DNA of 64,000 bases from Promethearchaeota archaeon (GCA_048938855.1 JBHLLT010000014.1:1-64000), one strand, 5' to 3'. Numbered from the stretch's first letter, positions 41,075-51,623 are shown. Notes: generated from the sequence alone by a model not told the origin. Translations and numbers: made by a program.

Positions 41075-41473
41075 ATGAGCGAGAAAAAGATAAGAGTTTT
41101 AATGTCTAAACCGGGTATAGATGGACATTGGCGCGGAGGTATTGTGGTCTCAAGAGCCATCAGAGATGCTGGTATGGAACTCATTTTTGGTGGTTTCCAA
41201 AATACACAGCAAATTGTTGAATCTGCAATTCAAGAGGATGTTGATGTTATAGGATTAAGTATCCATTCTGGTGCTCATTTTGCATATACTCAGCAAGTTA
41301 TTGATCTATTAAAAGAACGTGGAGTACTTGATAATATAATGATACTGGTTGGTGGTGTAGTTCCTGCTAAAGACTTTGCTAAGCTAAAAGAGATGGGGGT
41401 TGCTAATATATACGGACCCGGCTCAATGACTTCGGATATTGTCGAATTTATCAAAACACATGTCAAAAAATAA
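41075..41473 (+). CDS. B12-binding small subunit of acyl-CoA mutase
   Basis: KPGIDGH (DxH), GLSIHSGAH, VGG. Confidence 0.93.
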   Translation: MSEKKIRVLMSKPGIDGHWRGGIVVSRAIRDAGMELIFGGFQNTQQIVESAIQEDVDVIGLSIHSGAHFAYTQQVIDLLKERGVLDNIMILVGGVVPAKDFAKLKEMGVANIYGPGSMTSDIVEFIKTHVKK

Positions 41474-41544
41474 AAAAGACATGTAATATTTTTTTTAATC
41501 AATTTATAATTTTACAACTATTTCTTACTGAGGAATGTATTTCA

Positions 41545-42519
41545 TTGAATACTGCATATGATATTGATACATTAATTAGTAAATTCAAGCAAAAAGACAA
41601 AATTGCTTTGGCAAAATTAATAACACTTATTGAAAATGAGCCAGAAAGAGCACATGAAGTGTTTAAACATTTTGAAGGGCAAATACATGATTCCTATATA
41701 ATAGGTATTACTGGATCTCCTGGTGTTGGAAAAAGTACATTAACTGGAGCAATTTCGAAAAAATTACTAGAACAAGGAAAATCTGTGGGTATAATTTGCG
41801 TTGATCCTACGTCTCCTTTTAGTGGAGGGGCATTCTTGGGAGACAGAGTTCGAATGACAGAGATATCATTACATCCAAATGTATTTTTACGTAGTTTAGC
41901 ATCGAGGGGTTATAAGGGAGGAATTTCAAGAGCGGTTTTTGACATTAGTTTATTATATGAAGCATATGGAATGGATGTAATTATTATTGAGACTGTAGGT
42001 GTTGGGCAAGCCGAATTTGACATATATAATCTTGCTTATTCTGTAGTAGTAGTTTTAGTTCCTGGATATGGAGATGCTATTCAAATGCAAAAAGCTGGGA
42101 TTATAGAAATTGGTGATATGTACAACATAAATAAAAAAGATTTAGGAGGAGAAGATATCGCAGTTCAAATTGAAATGATGCTTGATGATACTATATTTCA
42201 AAGTGGGTGGAGACCTCCAGTTTCTATGACTGATGCAATTGCGGGCGAGGGAGTAGATGATCTTATCCAAAATATTTGGGACCATAAAGAGCATCTTGAA
42301 CTATCAGAAGCTATTAATGAGAAAAAGAAAAATAGATTTACATATAAGATTAGAGAATTAATTTATACTAAAATTGAAAAACTTGTTTCAGAAAGTTTTC
42401 TTAATGAAAGCGAAATTAATGAGATTGTAAATCAAGCGGTAAACGATGGAAAATTCAAAATTTACCGTACAATCCATAATAAATTCGAAGATGTGAATTT
42501 TGAAATAAAGAAGAAGTAG
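41545..42519 (+). CDS. meaB: Mutase chaperone GTPase MeaB/ArgK
   Basis: GITGSPGVGKST, VDPTSPFSGGA.LGDRVRM, ETVGVGQ, NKKD. Confidence 0.95.
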   Translation: MNTAYDIDTLISKFKQKDKIALAKLITLIENEPERAHEVFKHFEGQIHDSYIIGITGSPGVGKSTLTGAISKKLLEQGKSVGIICVDPTSPFSGGAFLGDRVRMTEISLHPNVFLRSLASRGYKGGISRAVFDISLLYEAYGMDVIIIETVGVGQAEFDIYNLAYSVVVVLVPGYGDAIQMQKAGIIEIGDMYNINKKDLGGEDIAVQIEMMLDDTIFQSGWRPPVSMTDAIAGEGVDDLIQNIWDHKEHLELSEAINEKKKNRFTYKIRELIYTKIEKLVSESFLNESEINEIVNQAVNDGKFKIYRTIHNKFEDVNFEIKKK

Positions 42520-42651
42520 ATTCTTCTTTATTTAATTGAAATTCCTTTCTATTTTTCAATAAATCTTTAAATAATTGAAAAATCATATAATAATATTCAG
42601 TACGTAAATTGAAAATAAATCTTTCATTTCTCTCAAAATTTCAATTGTAAG

Positions 42652-43137
42652 GTGGATGATATCACACAAATAGAAAAATTTCATAATTTGAATAGAGACC
42701 TTAAAGCTGAGAATCTAATTAGGGAAACTAAAATTCTTACTATTGGTAGATTAGCTAAAATATTAGTTGATTTATTTGGTTCTAATGAAATATTTAAATC
42801 AATTAGTGAAAAAGAAGGGCAAGAAATTGAAGTATGTTTTAAAGCTTTAAATGAATATTTGACTTTTGTTTTAACAACAGACAGAGAAAATTTTGATTGT
42901 TATGCCGATAGGGCTAAAAATCCAGTTTCTAGAGTTATAATAGCAGTTAAAGAAGATAAGATACTTCAAGTATTCAGTGCGATTGTAAGATCTAAAAATA
43001 ATATTTTTGGATTGGCTAAATTATTGAAGTATATAATTCCTGGTAAAATAAGGATCAAAGGCTCATATCTTACCACTTTAAAATGGGTGAGATGTATAAT
43101 GATAGGGAAGCATAGTATTTATAAAAATGATAAATGA
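42652..43137 (+). CDS. Hypothetical protein, possible SCP2 (sterol carrier)-like fold
   Basis: C-terminal PGKIRIKGS followed by a helix resembles the SCP2 GKlkikG motif. Confidence 0.5.
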   Translation: MDDITQIEKFHNLNRDLKAENLIRETKILTIGRLAKILVDLFGSNEIFKSISEKEGQEIEVCFKALNEYLTFVLTTDRENFDCYADRAKNPVSRVIIAVKEDKILQVFSAIVRSKNNIFGLAKLLKYIIPGKIRIKGSYLTTLKWVRCIMIGKHSIYKNDK

Positions 43138-43146
43138 GGTTTTAAA

Positions 43147-44295
43147 ATGAATTTGCAGAATGATCCTTTTTTGAGGATTTCAGATACAATTTTAAATCCT
43201 TATATAACAGAATGGCAAAAGAATAAAAAAAAAATCATAGGCCATTATTGTACCTATATTCCAGAAGAATTGTTATATGCTGCAGATTTATTACCTTACA
43301 GAATTAGGGCAACTGGACACGAACATACGAATTTAGCAGATATTTATATGGTAAGATTTACCTGCTCTTTTGTAAGAGCAACCTTAGATATGGCATTGAG
43401 AGGCATTTATGATTTTTTAGATGCTCTTTTCATTTGTAATTCTTGTGATCATTCTCGACGAATGTTTGAGTTATTTGATCTAAAAGTGTTTCGAAGGGAG
43501 GGATTTCTGAAAAAAGTTCAAAGATTTTATGTTTCTACTCCTCATGTTATAACAGAAGAAGGCTTTAAATGGTACAAAAGAGAAATTGAAGAATTAAAAG
43601 AAAATATTGAGAAGAATTTCATTAATCGAAAAATTACTGACCATGATCTTCAATCTTCAATAGAAATCCATAATGAAAATCGCAATCTCCTTAGAAAAAT
43701 TCATGAATTACGGATTATTGATGCACCTAAACTTAATGGAAGTGAAGCTTTGCAACTATCAATAGCGAATGCTTCTGTTCCTAAAAATATTGCCAATCAA
43801 GAGTTGAAAAGGATCTATAATGATTTAAATGAAAAAGAAGGAATAAAGGAGAATTCTAAGAGAATAATGTTGATTGGTAGTGAAGTGGATGATATCACTT
43901 TTACCAAGCTTATTGAGAATTCGGGAGCAATTTTAGTATCTGATTTCTTATGTTTTGGGACACGTAATTTTTTAGATGATGTAAAGACCGATGGGAATTC
44001 TCCACTAGAGAACATTATAAAAAGAGTATATTACAGAATGTCTTGTCCAAGAATGATGGATGATCATATAAGGAGATTGGAGTTTTTAAAAAAGGAAATT
44101 GATAGAGCAAAAGTCGATGGAGTCATATTACAAAGAGTAAACAATTGTGATCTTTATGGATGTGAAAATATGATGTTAATTCATGAACTAAAGGAATTGG
44201 ATATTCCAATTCTGAATATGGATAGAGAGTTTTACCAAACTGATACCACAAGAATGCAAACAAGAATAGAAGCATTTCTCGAAATGATTTCTTAA
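43147..44295 (+). CDS. 2-hydroxyacyl-CoA dehydratase subunit (HgdB/BcrC-like)
   Basis: CTYIPEEL, TCSF, NSCDH, DFLCFG.R, SCPR, TRIEAFLEMI. Confidence 0.92.
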   Translation: MNLQNDPFLRISDTILNPYITEWQKNKKKIIGHYCTYIPEELLYAADLLPYRIRATGHEHTNLADIYMVRFTCSFVRATLDMALRGIYDFLDALFICNSCDHSRRMFELFDLKVFRREGFLKKVQRFYVSTPHVITEEGFKWYKREIEELKENIEKNFINRKITDHDLQSSIEIHNENRNLLRKIHELRIIDAPKLNGSEALQLSIANASVPKNIANQELKRIYNDLNEKEGIKENSKRIMLIGSEVDDITFTKLIENSGAILVSDFLCFGTRNFLDDVKTDGNSPLENIIKRVYYRMSCPRMMDDHIRRLEFLKKEIDRAKVDGVILQRVNNCDLYGCENMMLIHELKELDIPILNMDREFYQTDTTRMQTRIEAFLEMIS

Positions 44296-44335
44296 TAAAT
44301 TGAAATAATTGACAAAAAGAGAGTAGTTAATAATA

Positions 44336-45625
44336 ATGCCAAATAGTCTCGAATTGGAGAATCGAGTTATTCCAATTAGAATGCTTTATGAATCTATATC
44401 AACAACTCACCAATTAGTTAAAGGAATCCTACCTGAAAATGGAATACCAGAATTGAGAATAGCTCTTGAGAAGGTTAAATCTGTTTTAAAAAAAAACCTT
44501 GAAAAAGCAAAAGAAGGATTGCCTATTGTGGGATATCATTTTGCTATTCCTGCTGAATACCTTTCCTGTTTTGATTGTGTTCCTGTGTGTCTTGAAGGAA
44601 CCGGTTATTATTTATCAACATTATTATTGGATGGCGTAGAGAAATATTATGATTTAATGATTAATTGGGGTCATCCCTTTCATACATGTACAGCACAAAA
44701 AGGTCCAATGGGAATGGCTTTAGATGATCTATTTCGATTTAACGCAATACTTACCCCTACAGCACCTTGCGATAACACGTGTGCATCCTATCCATTTTTT
44801 AGATTAGAAAAAAAATTCCCTTTGATAATTGCTGATATGCCATTTCGTATAAATGAGAAGAGTTATGAATATTATGGTAACCAGCTTAAGCAAAGTTTAT
44901 ATGAATTGGGGAGAGTAATAGGTCAAGAACCAGATTTTGAGAAGATGAAAACTCATATTGAAATTGAAAACCGAGTACAGAAAATTAGATTTGAAATATT
45001 TGAATTAACTAAAGCTATTCCTAGCCCTATTTCAAATATCTATAATGCAGTTTCTGCGGGAACATTCATTCTTGTTTCTGGGACAAAAGAAAATTTAGCT
45101 TTTTATGAAGAAGTATTGGAAATTGTAAAAAAAAGATATAAAACCAAAAAACATCATGGTGGAGAAGAAAAAATAAGATCTATTTGGCCCTACATGGTTA
45201 CTTATTTTGATATGTCTCTATGTGAATGGTTGGATAGAGAATTAGGTATGAGTGTACTATTTGATATTTTTAATTATAATTTTTCAGATCCAATAAATAC
45301 CACTTCAGACTTGAATACCATGTTTTTTGATATGGCAAGAAAAAGCATGGGATGGCCTATGGTTAAGCAATCTACTGATTTTTATTATGCCTCACTTGAA
45401 AATTGTCTTAAGATGGCAAAGGATTTTAGTGCTGATTGTTTTATTTATACGCAGAGTTTAGCTTGTAAACAGTTTGGTTCCTTTCCACAATTATTAAGAG
45501 AAATGCTTAAAGAAGAGCTTGGTATTCCTATGCTACTTATCGAATTTGATGTAGGAGATAAAAGATTTACTCCTCTAAAGGTTATAAAAGAAAAAATAAA
45601 AATGTTTGCTCAAACACTAATGTGA
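44336..45625 (+). CDS. 2-hydroxyacyl-CoA dehydratase subunit (HgdA/BcrB-like)
   Basis: HTCTAQ, APCD, LACK, ELGIPMLLIEFD.GD.R. Confidence 0.88.
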   Translation: MPNSLELENRVIPIRMLYESISTTHQLVKGILPENGIPELRIALEKVKSVLKKNLEKAKEGLPIVGYHFAIPAEYLSCFDCVPVCLEGTGYYLSTLLLDGVEKYYDLMINWGHPFHTCTAQKGPMGMALDDLFRFNAILTPTAPCDNTCASYPFFRLEKKFPLIIADMPFRINEKSYEYYGNQLKQSLYELGRVIGQEPDFEKMKTHIEIENRVQKIRFEIFELTKAIPSPISNIYNAVSAGTFILVSGTKENLAFYEEVLEIVKKRYKTKKHHGGEEKIRSIWPYMVTYFDMSLCEWLDRELGMSVLFDIFNYNFSDPINTTSDLNTMFFDMARKSMGWPMVKQSTDFYYASLENCLKMAKDFSADCFIYTQSLACKQFGSFPQLLREMLKEELGIPMLLIEFDVGDKRFTPLKVIKEKIKMFAQTLM

Positions 45626-45734
45626 AATATTCCACTGATTTTATCATACTACTTTCAAAAACCACAAGAAAACTCTTTAATAATATTAATTCTATATTTT
45701 AAATTAATATCTAATCTAAAATTGTGATATTAAA

Positions 45735-47210
45735 ATGAATAATGGCGAAATAGTAGCTGAATTAGGAAAAATTGTAGGAGATCGGTATGTTTCTGATGAA
45801 CCTGAAATACAATTTTTATATCATTATGATTTTATTACAGCAGAGCCAGAAGGTAAATGCGATGTTGTTATAATGCCTCAAACCGCTGAGGAAGTTCAAG
45901 AAATTATAAAATTTGCAAATAAAAATAAAATTCCTGTTGTACCTTGGGTATCAGGAATAAATTTTGGTTCTATAGCTACTCCTAGAAAAGGTGGGGTCGT
46001 AGTTGATTTACGTCGGATGAATCGTATATTAGAAGTAAATGAAGATGATATGTATGCTGTAATTGAAGCAGGAACGACATGGGCTGATTTGAAAGGATAT
46101 CTTGACAAACATCATCCTAATTTTAGAGCAGGTGTTACCTTTTCACCACCGGGCACTGGGGTCATTCCATCTTGTTTATGTTATGGAATGTTTGATCTTG
46201 GCATGATTGGGGGAACTGGAGCAGAATTTATAAATGGAATGGAAGTTGTATTAGGTTCGGGAGAATTGATAAAGGTTGGATCTTGTAGTCTCTCAAATTA
46301 TTGGTATGGTAGACAACCATTACCTGATTTAGCTGGATTGTTTATAGGATGGGAAGGAGCAACAGGAATAGTTACTAAAGCTGCTATTAAATTGTGGCCT
46401 AAATTACCTTATAGAACTGATTACTTACCAATAGGATCAAAAATGGAAAATGGAGTTCCTATGATGCTTAAACTCTCAAAAGCAGGTTTAGGAATCTGCG
46501 ATCTTGTTTTTCTTAATATGGGGTGGGCACAGGCTTGTCAAGGTTTTTTTGAGAATAATGTAGCTATAGATCCGGCTGCGTTGGGTTTACCAGATTTTTT
46601 AGGATTAATAACAACACAAGCATTTACAGAGGATCAACATAAAGCTCAATGTAAAGCTATTGAATCAATTTGCAATGAATATAAAATAGAACCTTTAACT
46701 TCTGAAGTTCAAATGAACACCTTTCCAAGAGATATGAGAGGTATATTTATGAATTTAACTCCAGTTACGGGTGGTCAGACTCCACTTCAAGTTTGGGGTT
46801 GTTGGAATTTTGCACGGGGTGGTGGTGGCGAATGGATTGGATCATATTGTTCAACACGCGATATTGTAAAATATTATAATTTATCAAGAGAAGTATGTCT
46901 CAAGTATGGTAAACCTCCTCAATTCTATAGTAGAATTATGTTTGGTGGACATTATTGTGTTGCTCGAACAAATGTATGCTTCAATAAAAGTGATCCTGAA
47001 GATATTAATAAAGCGAGATTAATATTAAAAGAAATTCATGATGCCGTTCAAAAATTAGATGGTGCTGTTATGTATAAAGCTCCATTGTGGGTAATAGAAT
47101 ATTATAAAAATAAAACTCATCCTGCTACAACCAAATTGATTAGTAAACTCAAAAATCTGCTTGATCCTAATGGAATAATGAACCCAGGGCATGGAATTGG
47201 AGGTGATTGA
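45735..47210 (+). CDS. FAD-linked oxidase/dehydrogenase (GlcD/VAO family)
   Basis: P.TAEEVQ.I, DL.RMNRILEV, EG.TGIVTK, LDPNGIMNPG. Confidence 0.92.
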   Translation: MNNGEIVAELGKIVGDRYVSDEPEIQFLYHYDFITAEPEGKCDVVIMPQTAEEVQEIIKFANKNKIPVVPWVSGINFGSIATPRKGGVVVDLRRMNRILEVNEDDMYAVIEAGTTWADLKGYLDKHHPNFRAGVTFSPPGTGVIPSCLCYGMFDLGMIGGTGAEFINGMEVVLGSGELIKVGSCSLSNYWYGRQPLPDLAGLFIGWEGATGIVTKAAIKLWPKLPYRTDYLPIGSKMENGVPMMLKLSKAGLGICDLVFLNMGWAQACQGFFENNVAIDPAALGLPDFLGLITTQAFTEDQHKAQCKAIESICNEYKIEPLTSEVQMNTFPRDMRGIFMNLTPVTGGQTPLQVWGCWNFARGGGGEWIGSYCSTRDIVKYYNLSREVCLKYGKPPQFYSRIMFGGHYCVARTNVCFNKSDPEDINKARLILKEIHDAVQKLDGAVMYKAPLWVIEYYKNKTHPATTKLISKLKNLLDPNGIMNPGHGIGGD

Positions 47211-48462
47211 TTTGAAAAAGGAAAATCATTTGAAATATATTAAAAATATGGGAATAACTGAACTAGATCTATTCGCAGATCGGATGAAATTAGAAAGAAA
47301 AAAAAATTTGGAATATTATAAAGATATTCTTTATCAATGTGGAAAATGTGGAACTTGTCGAACTGGTTTTCAAGAAGAAGGTTGGTATCGTGTTTGTCCT
47401 TCTGGAGAATATGGAAAATTCGAAGCCTATTACTTAGGAGGAAAAAATCTGCTATCTTGGGCAGTTTCATCAGATCGTTTAAATTGGACCGATAACCTAT
47501 CCAAAATATTTTATCAATGTTCGTTATGTTTGGCTTGTACTCAACAATGTCAAATCCCTGACATTCACCATTATGCAGGAGAATGGTTAATGGCAATGAG
47601 AGAAGAAGCTGTTCAGAAAGGCTTAGGACCAATGCCACAACAAAAAAAGTATTCTGAACATGTTGCTTTAGAATACAATCCTTATATGGAAAAGCATATA
47701 GATAGAACAAACTGGCTACCTTCTCATATACAACAATCTCCAGATGCAAAATTAGCATATTTTGTTGGATGTACGACTAGTTATAGAGAACAAAATATCG
47801 CAATTAACACAGCAGAAATATTAAATACACTTCAAGTCGATTTTAGAATACTTAAAGATGAACATTGCTGTGGATCTCCCATTTATATGACTGGTCAAAC
47901 TGAACAAGCAAAGCAAATTGCTGAGACTAATGTAAATACCTTTATAAATGAGGGGATTGAAAAAATTATTACATCATGCGCTGGCTGTTATCGAATGTTA
48001 AAAGAAACATACCCAAAGAAATTTGAGCTTAAACATGATATTGAGATACTTCATCTACCTGAGTTTATTCAAGATAAATTGAACAATAATGAAATAAAAT
48101 TCAATAACAATTTAAATATGAAGATTACATATCATGATCCTTGTCATATTGGTCGTCACATGGGAATCTATGAACCTCCAAGAGAAGTCTTGAAGAACAT
48201 TCCAGGAATTGAATTGATTGAAATGCCGAGAAATAGACAAAATGCATGGTGTTGTGGTTCTGGGGGAGGTGTGAGATCAGCTTTTAAAGATTTATCTAGC
48301 TTTGCTGCGAACGAAAGAATTGAGGAAGCAAAAGAAACTAAAGCTGAAGCTATAGTCTCCTGCTGTCCATTCTGTTTAAATCAATTTAATGCCAATATTA
48401 AAGATGATAGCATTAAAACCTATGATCTTTCAGAATTAATAAATAAGGCAATTAAGAGATAA
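47191..48462 (+). CDS. Fe-S/CCG oxidoreductase (GlcF-like), partner of the upstream FAD subunit
   Basis: CGKCGTC, CSLCLAC, FVGC, HCCG, YHDPCH, CCGSGGG; true start may lie a few codons downstream. Confidence 0.92.
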   Translation: MELEVIDLKKENHLKYIKNMGITELDLFADRMKLERKKNLEYYKDILYQCGKCGTCRTGFQEEGWYRVCPSGEYGKFEAYYLGGKNLLSWAVSSDRLNWTDNLSKIFYQCSLCLACTQQCQIPDIHHYAGEWLMAMREEAVQKGLGPMPQQKKYSEHVALEYNPYMEKHIDRTNWLPSHIQQSPDAKLAYFVGCTTSYREQNIAINTAEILNTLQVDFRILKDEHCCGSPIYMTGQTEQAKQIAETNVNTFINEGIEKIITSCAGCYRMLKETYPKKFELKHDIEILHLPEFIQDKLNNNEIKFNNNLNMKITYHDPCHIGRHMGIYEPPREVLKNIPGIELIEMPRNRQNAWCCGSGGGVRSAFKDLSSFAANERIEEAKETKAEAIVSCCPFCLNQFNANIKDDSIKTYDLSELINKAIKR

Positions 48463-48515
48463 AACTATAAATCCTCTTTTTTTTATTATCTTTATAGAAT
48501 CATAATTGGAATTTT

Positions 48516-49298
48516 ATGAAAATAGAATTATTTGAAGAGATTCTTGATAATTTAAGGAATTATATCACTTCTGAATCCCAAAAAGGGAAGAACGTTTTCA
48601 TTTATCAAAAAAATCTGGTTCCACTCAAATTATTTGAAAAATTGAACATTAAAGTTGAACTTGATGAACATAAAGATATAGTTCTTCAAGAAGAAACTAA
48701 GCTTGAACTAGGTGGTATTAATAAAAAGTCATTCTCGTTAGTTTATCCATTCTCTAATCCAAATTTTATAACTCATATAAATAACGGAAAAATTACTTTA
48801 ATTGGACAAAAAATCAAGGATATAACAGATTTTTCTGTCGATTTTGGTATGATAATCCTAATTGGGGGAACATTTATTAATGGAAAGGATTGGGATTCTT
48901 TAAGGCAATTTAACCTTATATCTAATGGAATAGAGGGTTTTTTAATCAAAACAATTCCTCGGAAATTCTGGTGTCGAATTAGTGAGAACGTAATAGAGAA
49001 TTTTACATTTGAATTTTTGGGGAATGCTATTTTTTATTTATATCAACAAAAATTTAAGGAGTTAATTGAATCAATTGAAATATTTTTTGTTAACACTTTT
49101 CCAAGTGTAATTGATAACTTTATTGAAATTACTTCTAATATTAATACTTTTATAAATGAAAAATGGTTAAGGAAAATAGAAAACTGGAAAAAAAGAATTG
49201 ATTGTGAATATGATTGGGGATGTGAAATATGTCCTTATCAAAAAGAATGTTATGATATTAAGCAAATATTAGTTGAGAGAGAAAAAATTGAGAAATAG
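48516..49298 (+). CDS. Hypothetical protein resembling a partial acetyl-CoA synthase (CODH/ACS beta-like) domain, with C-terminal Cys cluster
   Basis: ETKLELGG..KSFSLV, GKITLIG, WCRIS; C-terminal DC....CEICPYQKEC; adjacent CooC. Confidence 0.55.
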   Translation: MKIELFEEILDNLRNYITSESQKGKNVFIYQKNLVPLKLFEKLNIKVELDEHKDIVLQEETKLELGGINKKSFSLVYPFSNPNFITHINNGKITLIGQKIKDITDFSVDFGMIILIGGTFINGKDWDSLRQFNLISNGIEGFLIKTIPRKFWCRISENVIENFTFEFLGNAIFYLYQQKFKELIESIEIFFVNTFPSVIDNFIEITSNINTFINEKWLRKIENWKKRIDCEYDWGCEICPYQKECYDIKQILVEREKIEK

Positions 49299-49304
49299 TT
49301 CATT

Positions 49305-50093
49305 ATGAACGAAAAAAAGAATAGCATAAAGCCATTAACTATTTCCGTTGTTGGAAAGGGTGGTTCTGGTAAAACTATTATTACAACCCTTTTAGCAAAA
49401 GCAATATCTAAAAATTATAAAAAGAAATTGTTATTAATTGATGCAGACCCGACCCACCCTCATCTAAGTCATATGGTAAATTTAATTCCTGAAAAAAGTC
49501 TTGAACAATTAAGAACTGAAGTTATAGATGAAATTCTAACAAAAGCCACTGATTTCAAGGAAGTAGCCGAAAATATTGATTTTGAAGTGTATAATGCTAT
49601 AGCGGAGAGTAAAGATTTTAGTCTTTTCTCAATTGGTCAACCTGAGGGGCCAGGATGTTTCTGTCCTTCAAATACTCTCTTACGAAAGGTTATAGGATCG
49701 ATTTCAAAAGATTTTGATATAGTTTTAATCGATTGTGAAGCAGGACTTGAACAAATTAATCGAATGGTGATAGAATCAGTAGATCTTATATTGATTGTTT
49801 CAGATATATCAATACGGAGTATTGAAACTGCTGCTACTATACGTGAAAGTGCAAAAAAATTCACGAATTATAAGAAATTGGTTCTCATTCTCAACCGTGT
49901 TAAGGGAAATACAAGTCAAATTAAAAAAAAATTGAAAGATCTTAATATAAATCTATTAGGAGAGATTCCTGAAGATAATATAATAACTGAATTTGAATTA
50001 AAAGGTAGACCAATAATAGAAATACCTGAACAGTCAAAAAGTTTTGCCGTTTTAAATAAATTGGTTGATAATATTTTAGAATTAGTATTCTAA
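49305..50093 (+). CDS. cooC: CooC/AcsF-type nickel-insertion ATPase
   Basis: GKGGSGKT, IDADP, PEGPGCFCP.N, DCEAGLEQ. Confidence 0.88.
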   Translation: MNEKKNSIKPLTISVVGKGGSGKTIITTLLAKAISKNYKKKLLLIDADPTHPHLSHMVNLIPEKSLEQLRTEVIDEILTKATDFKEVAENIDFEVYNAIAESKDFSLFSIGQPEGPGCFCPSNTLLRKVIGSISKDFDIVLIDCEAGLEQINRMVIESVDLILIVSDISIRSIETAATIRESAKKFTNYKKLVLILNRVKGNTSQIKKKLKDLNINLLGEIPEDNIITEFELKGRPIIEIPEQSKSFAVLNKLVDNILELVF

Positions 50094-50120
50094 TAATAAG
50101 AAATTTCTTGATTGTAGAAT

Positions 50121-50906
50121 TTAGGATTGTTCTGAAAGAAAATTTATTACTAATTCATTAAATTCCTCTGGTTTTTCCATTGCAACCGCATGTCTAGCAT
50201 CTTTTATTTCAATAAACTTTGCATTTTGGAGTAATTCGGCGTATTCTTCTTTTACAGAAGAAGGAGCATAATCTTCATCTGATCCTATTATCAAAGTCGG
50301 GCATTTAATTTTATCAATTTGATCTCGAATAGTCCAGCCAATTAATGCTCGCATGGCAGAAAGATACGCCCTTTTATCATTTTCTGCCCACCTTTCAACT
50401 AACTTACTTCGTAATTCCTCTTGTTCTGGCTTTATAAACAACCTGGGAGCAAGGACCTCCCCCATCTTTTTCATTCCTACTAATTTTACTATAAATGAAC
50501 GTTTAAAAGCTTCTAATTTAAGTTTAAATGAATCTACTGGCATCTCTATGCCTGCATTAACAATTATCAAGCTTTTTACAAAATCAGGATAGTCTACAGC
50601 AAATTGAAAGGCAATACCTCCTCCCAAAGAGATTCCTAAAACATGTATTGAATTTATTCCTAATTTTTTAAGTAATTCTGCGATATCTTCCGCAAAAATC
50701 TGCATACTGTAAGAGCCTTTAGGTTTATCTGTTTTCCCATGACCTCTAAGATCGATTGTAATAACTTGATATTTTTTAGAAAAGGTTGGTACCTGAAATT
50801 CCCAATCACGGGTACTTGATCCCAAACCATGAATTAACAATAAGGGTTCACCTTCTCCAGTCAACTCATAATACATATCAATACCATTAACTTTTTCCTT
50901 TGGCAT
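50121..50906 (-). CDS. Alpha/beta hydrolase (enol-lactonase-like)
   Basis: HGLG, DLRGHG, GISLGG nucleophile elbow, C-terminal His. Confidence 0.92.
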   Translation of the reverse strand: MPKEKVNGIDMYYELTGEGEPLLLIHGLGSSTRDWEFQVPTFSKKYQVITIDLRGHGKTDKPKGSYSMQIFAEDIAELLKKLGINSIHVLGISLGGGIAFQFAVDYPDFVKSLIIVNAGIEMPVDSFKLKLEAFKRSFIVKLVGMKKMGEVLAPRLFIKPEQEELRSKLVERWAENDKRAYLSAMRALIGWTIRDQIDKIKCPTLIIGSDEDYAPSSVKEEYAELLQNAKFIEIKDARHAVAMEKPEEFNELVINFLSEQS

Positions 50907-50958
50907 GAAAAATTCACTTTTTTTATTTAATATTGAATCAACTGCATAATTTTTAAAA

Positions 50959-50990
50959 TGATCGAAAACTGCCCCTTAAAGCTTTAAATT
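50959..50990 (+). promoter_or_regulatory. Degenerate copy of the 32-bp operator+TATA motif
   Basis: TGATCGAAAACTGCCCCTTAAAGCTTTAAATT, 24/32 identical to the 51655 copy. Confidence 0.4.
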
Positions 50991-51113
50991 TATCTCCAAT
51001 AATGACATTAATTATTTTGACAGATGTATTTCGATTAATAATTATTATATATAGATAGGAAAAATAGAATAAACATACATCCAAGAATTATTAATTAATA
51101 TTGGTGTTATAAG

Positions 51114-51623
51114 TTGAATTTTTTCAATAGAAATGTTAAAGTTTTGCCGATATTTGGGGGTTTTTTATCAATAATATCTATATTAATGCCAACAGAATTC
51201 CATACAGAAGTCGGAAATACATATTTTGTATGGATAAACCAATTATACCTTGAACTTGAACCAAATCCTTTTGTCATTGGGCTTTTGAGAGTTGATCTTA
51301 CTCTAGTCATTTTTTCTATTGCTTTTGGATTAATAATAGTTTCGAGTTCTATAGCGATTATTACAACAACTTTGTTGTATCAAAGATTTTCAAAATTTCT
51401 TATAGAAAATAGAGGACTTTGGCTGACTATAGCATCTTTAATCGCATTATCCACTTTAGCTTGGATTATAATGATGGAAATCTTTTATAATATTAGTGGA
51501 TTTAACCATTGGGTTACTTTTGGAGGCGGATATATTCCACATTTCGGAGTAATAGGACCTTTTATTGGATCTGGATTTATTATGCTAGGAATTTTATTGG
51601 ATAGGGATAATAAAAATAAATAA
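51114..51623 (+). CDS. 4-TM membrane protein, paralogue A
   Basis: P..GG.L.I...L.P, T.AW..M.E and PHFGVIG.F.G shared with 51720. Confidence 0.8.
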   Translation: MNFFNRNVKVLPIFGGFLSIISILMPTEFHTEVGNTYFVWINQLYLELEPNPFVIGLLRVDLTLVIFSIAFGLIIVSSSIAIITTTLLYQRFSKFLIENRGLWLTIASLIALSTLAWIIMMEIFYNISGFNHWVTFGGGYIPHFGVIGPFIGSGFIMLGILLDRDNKNK

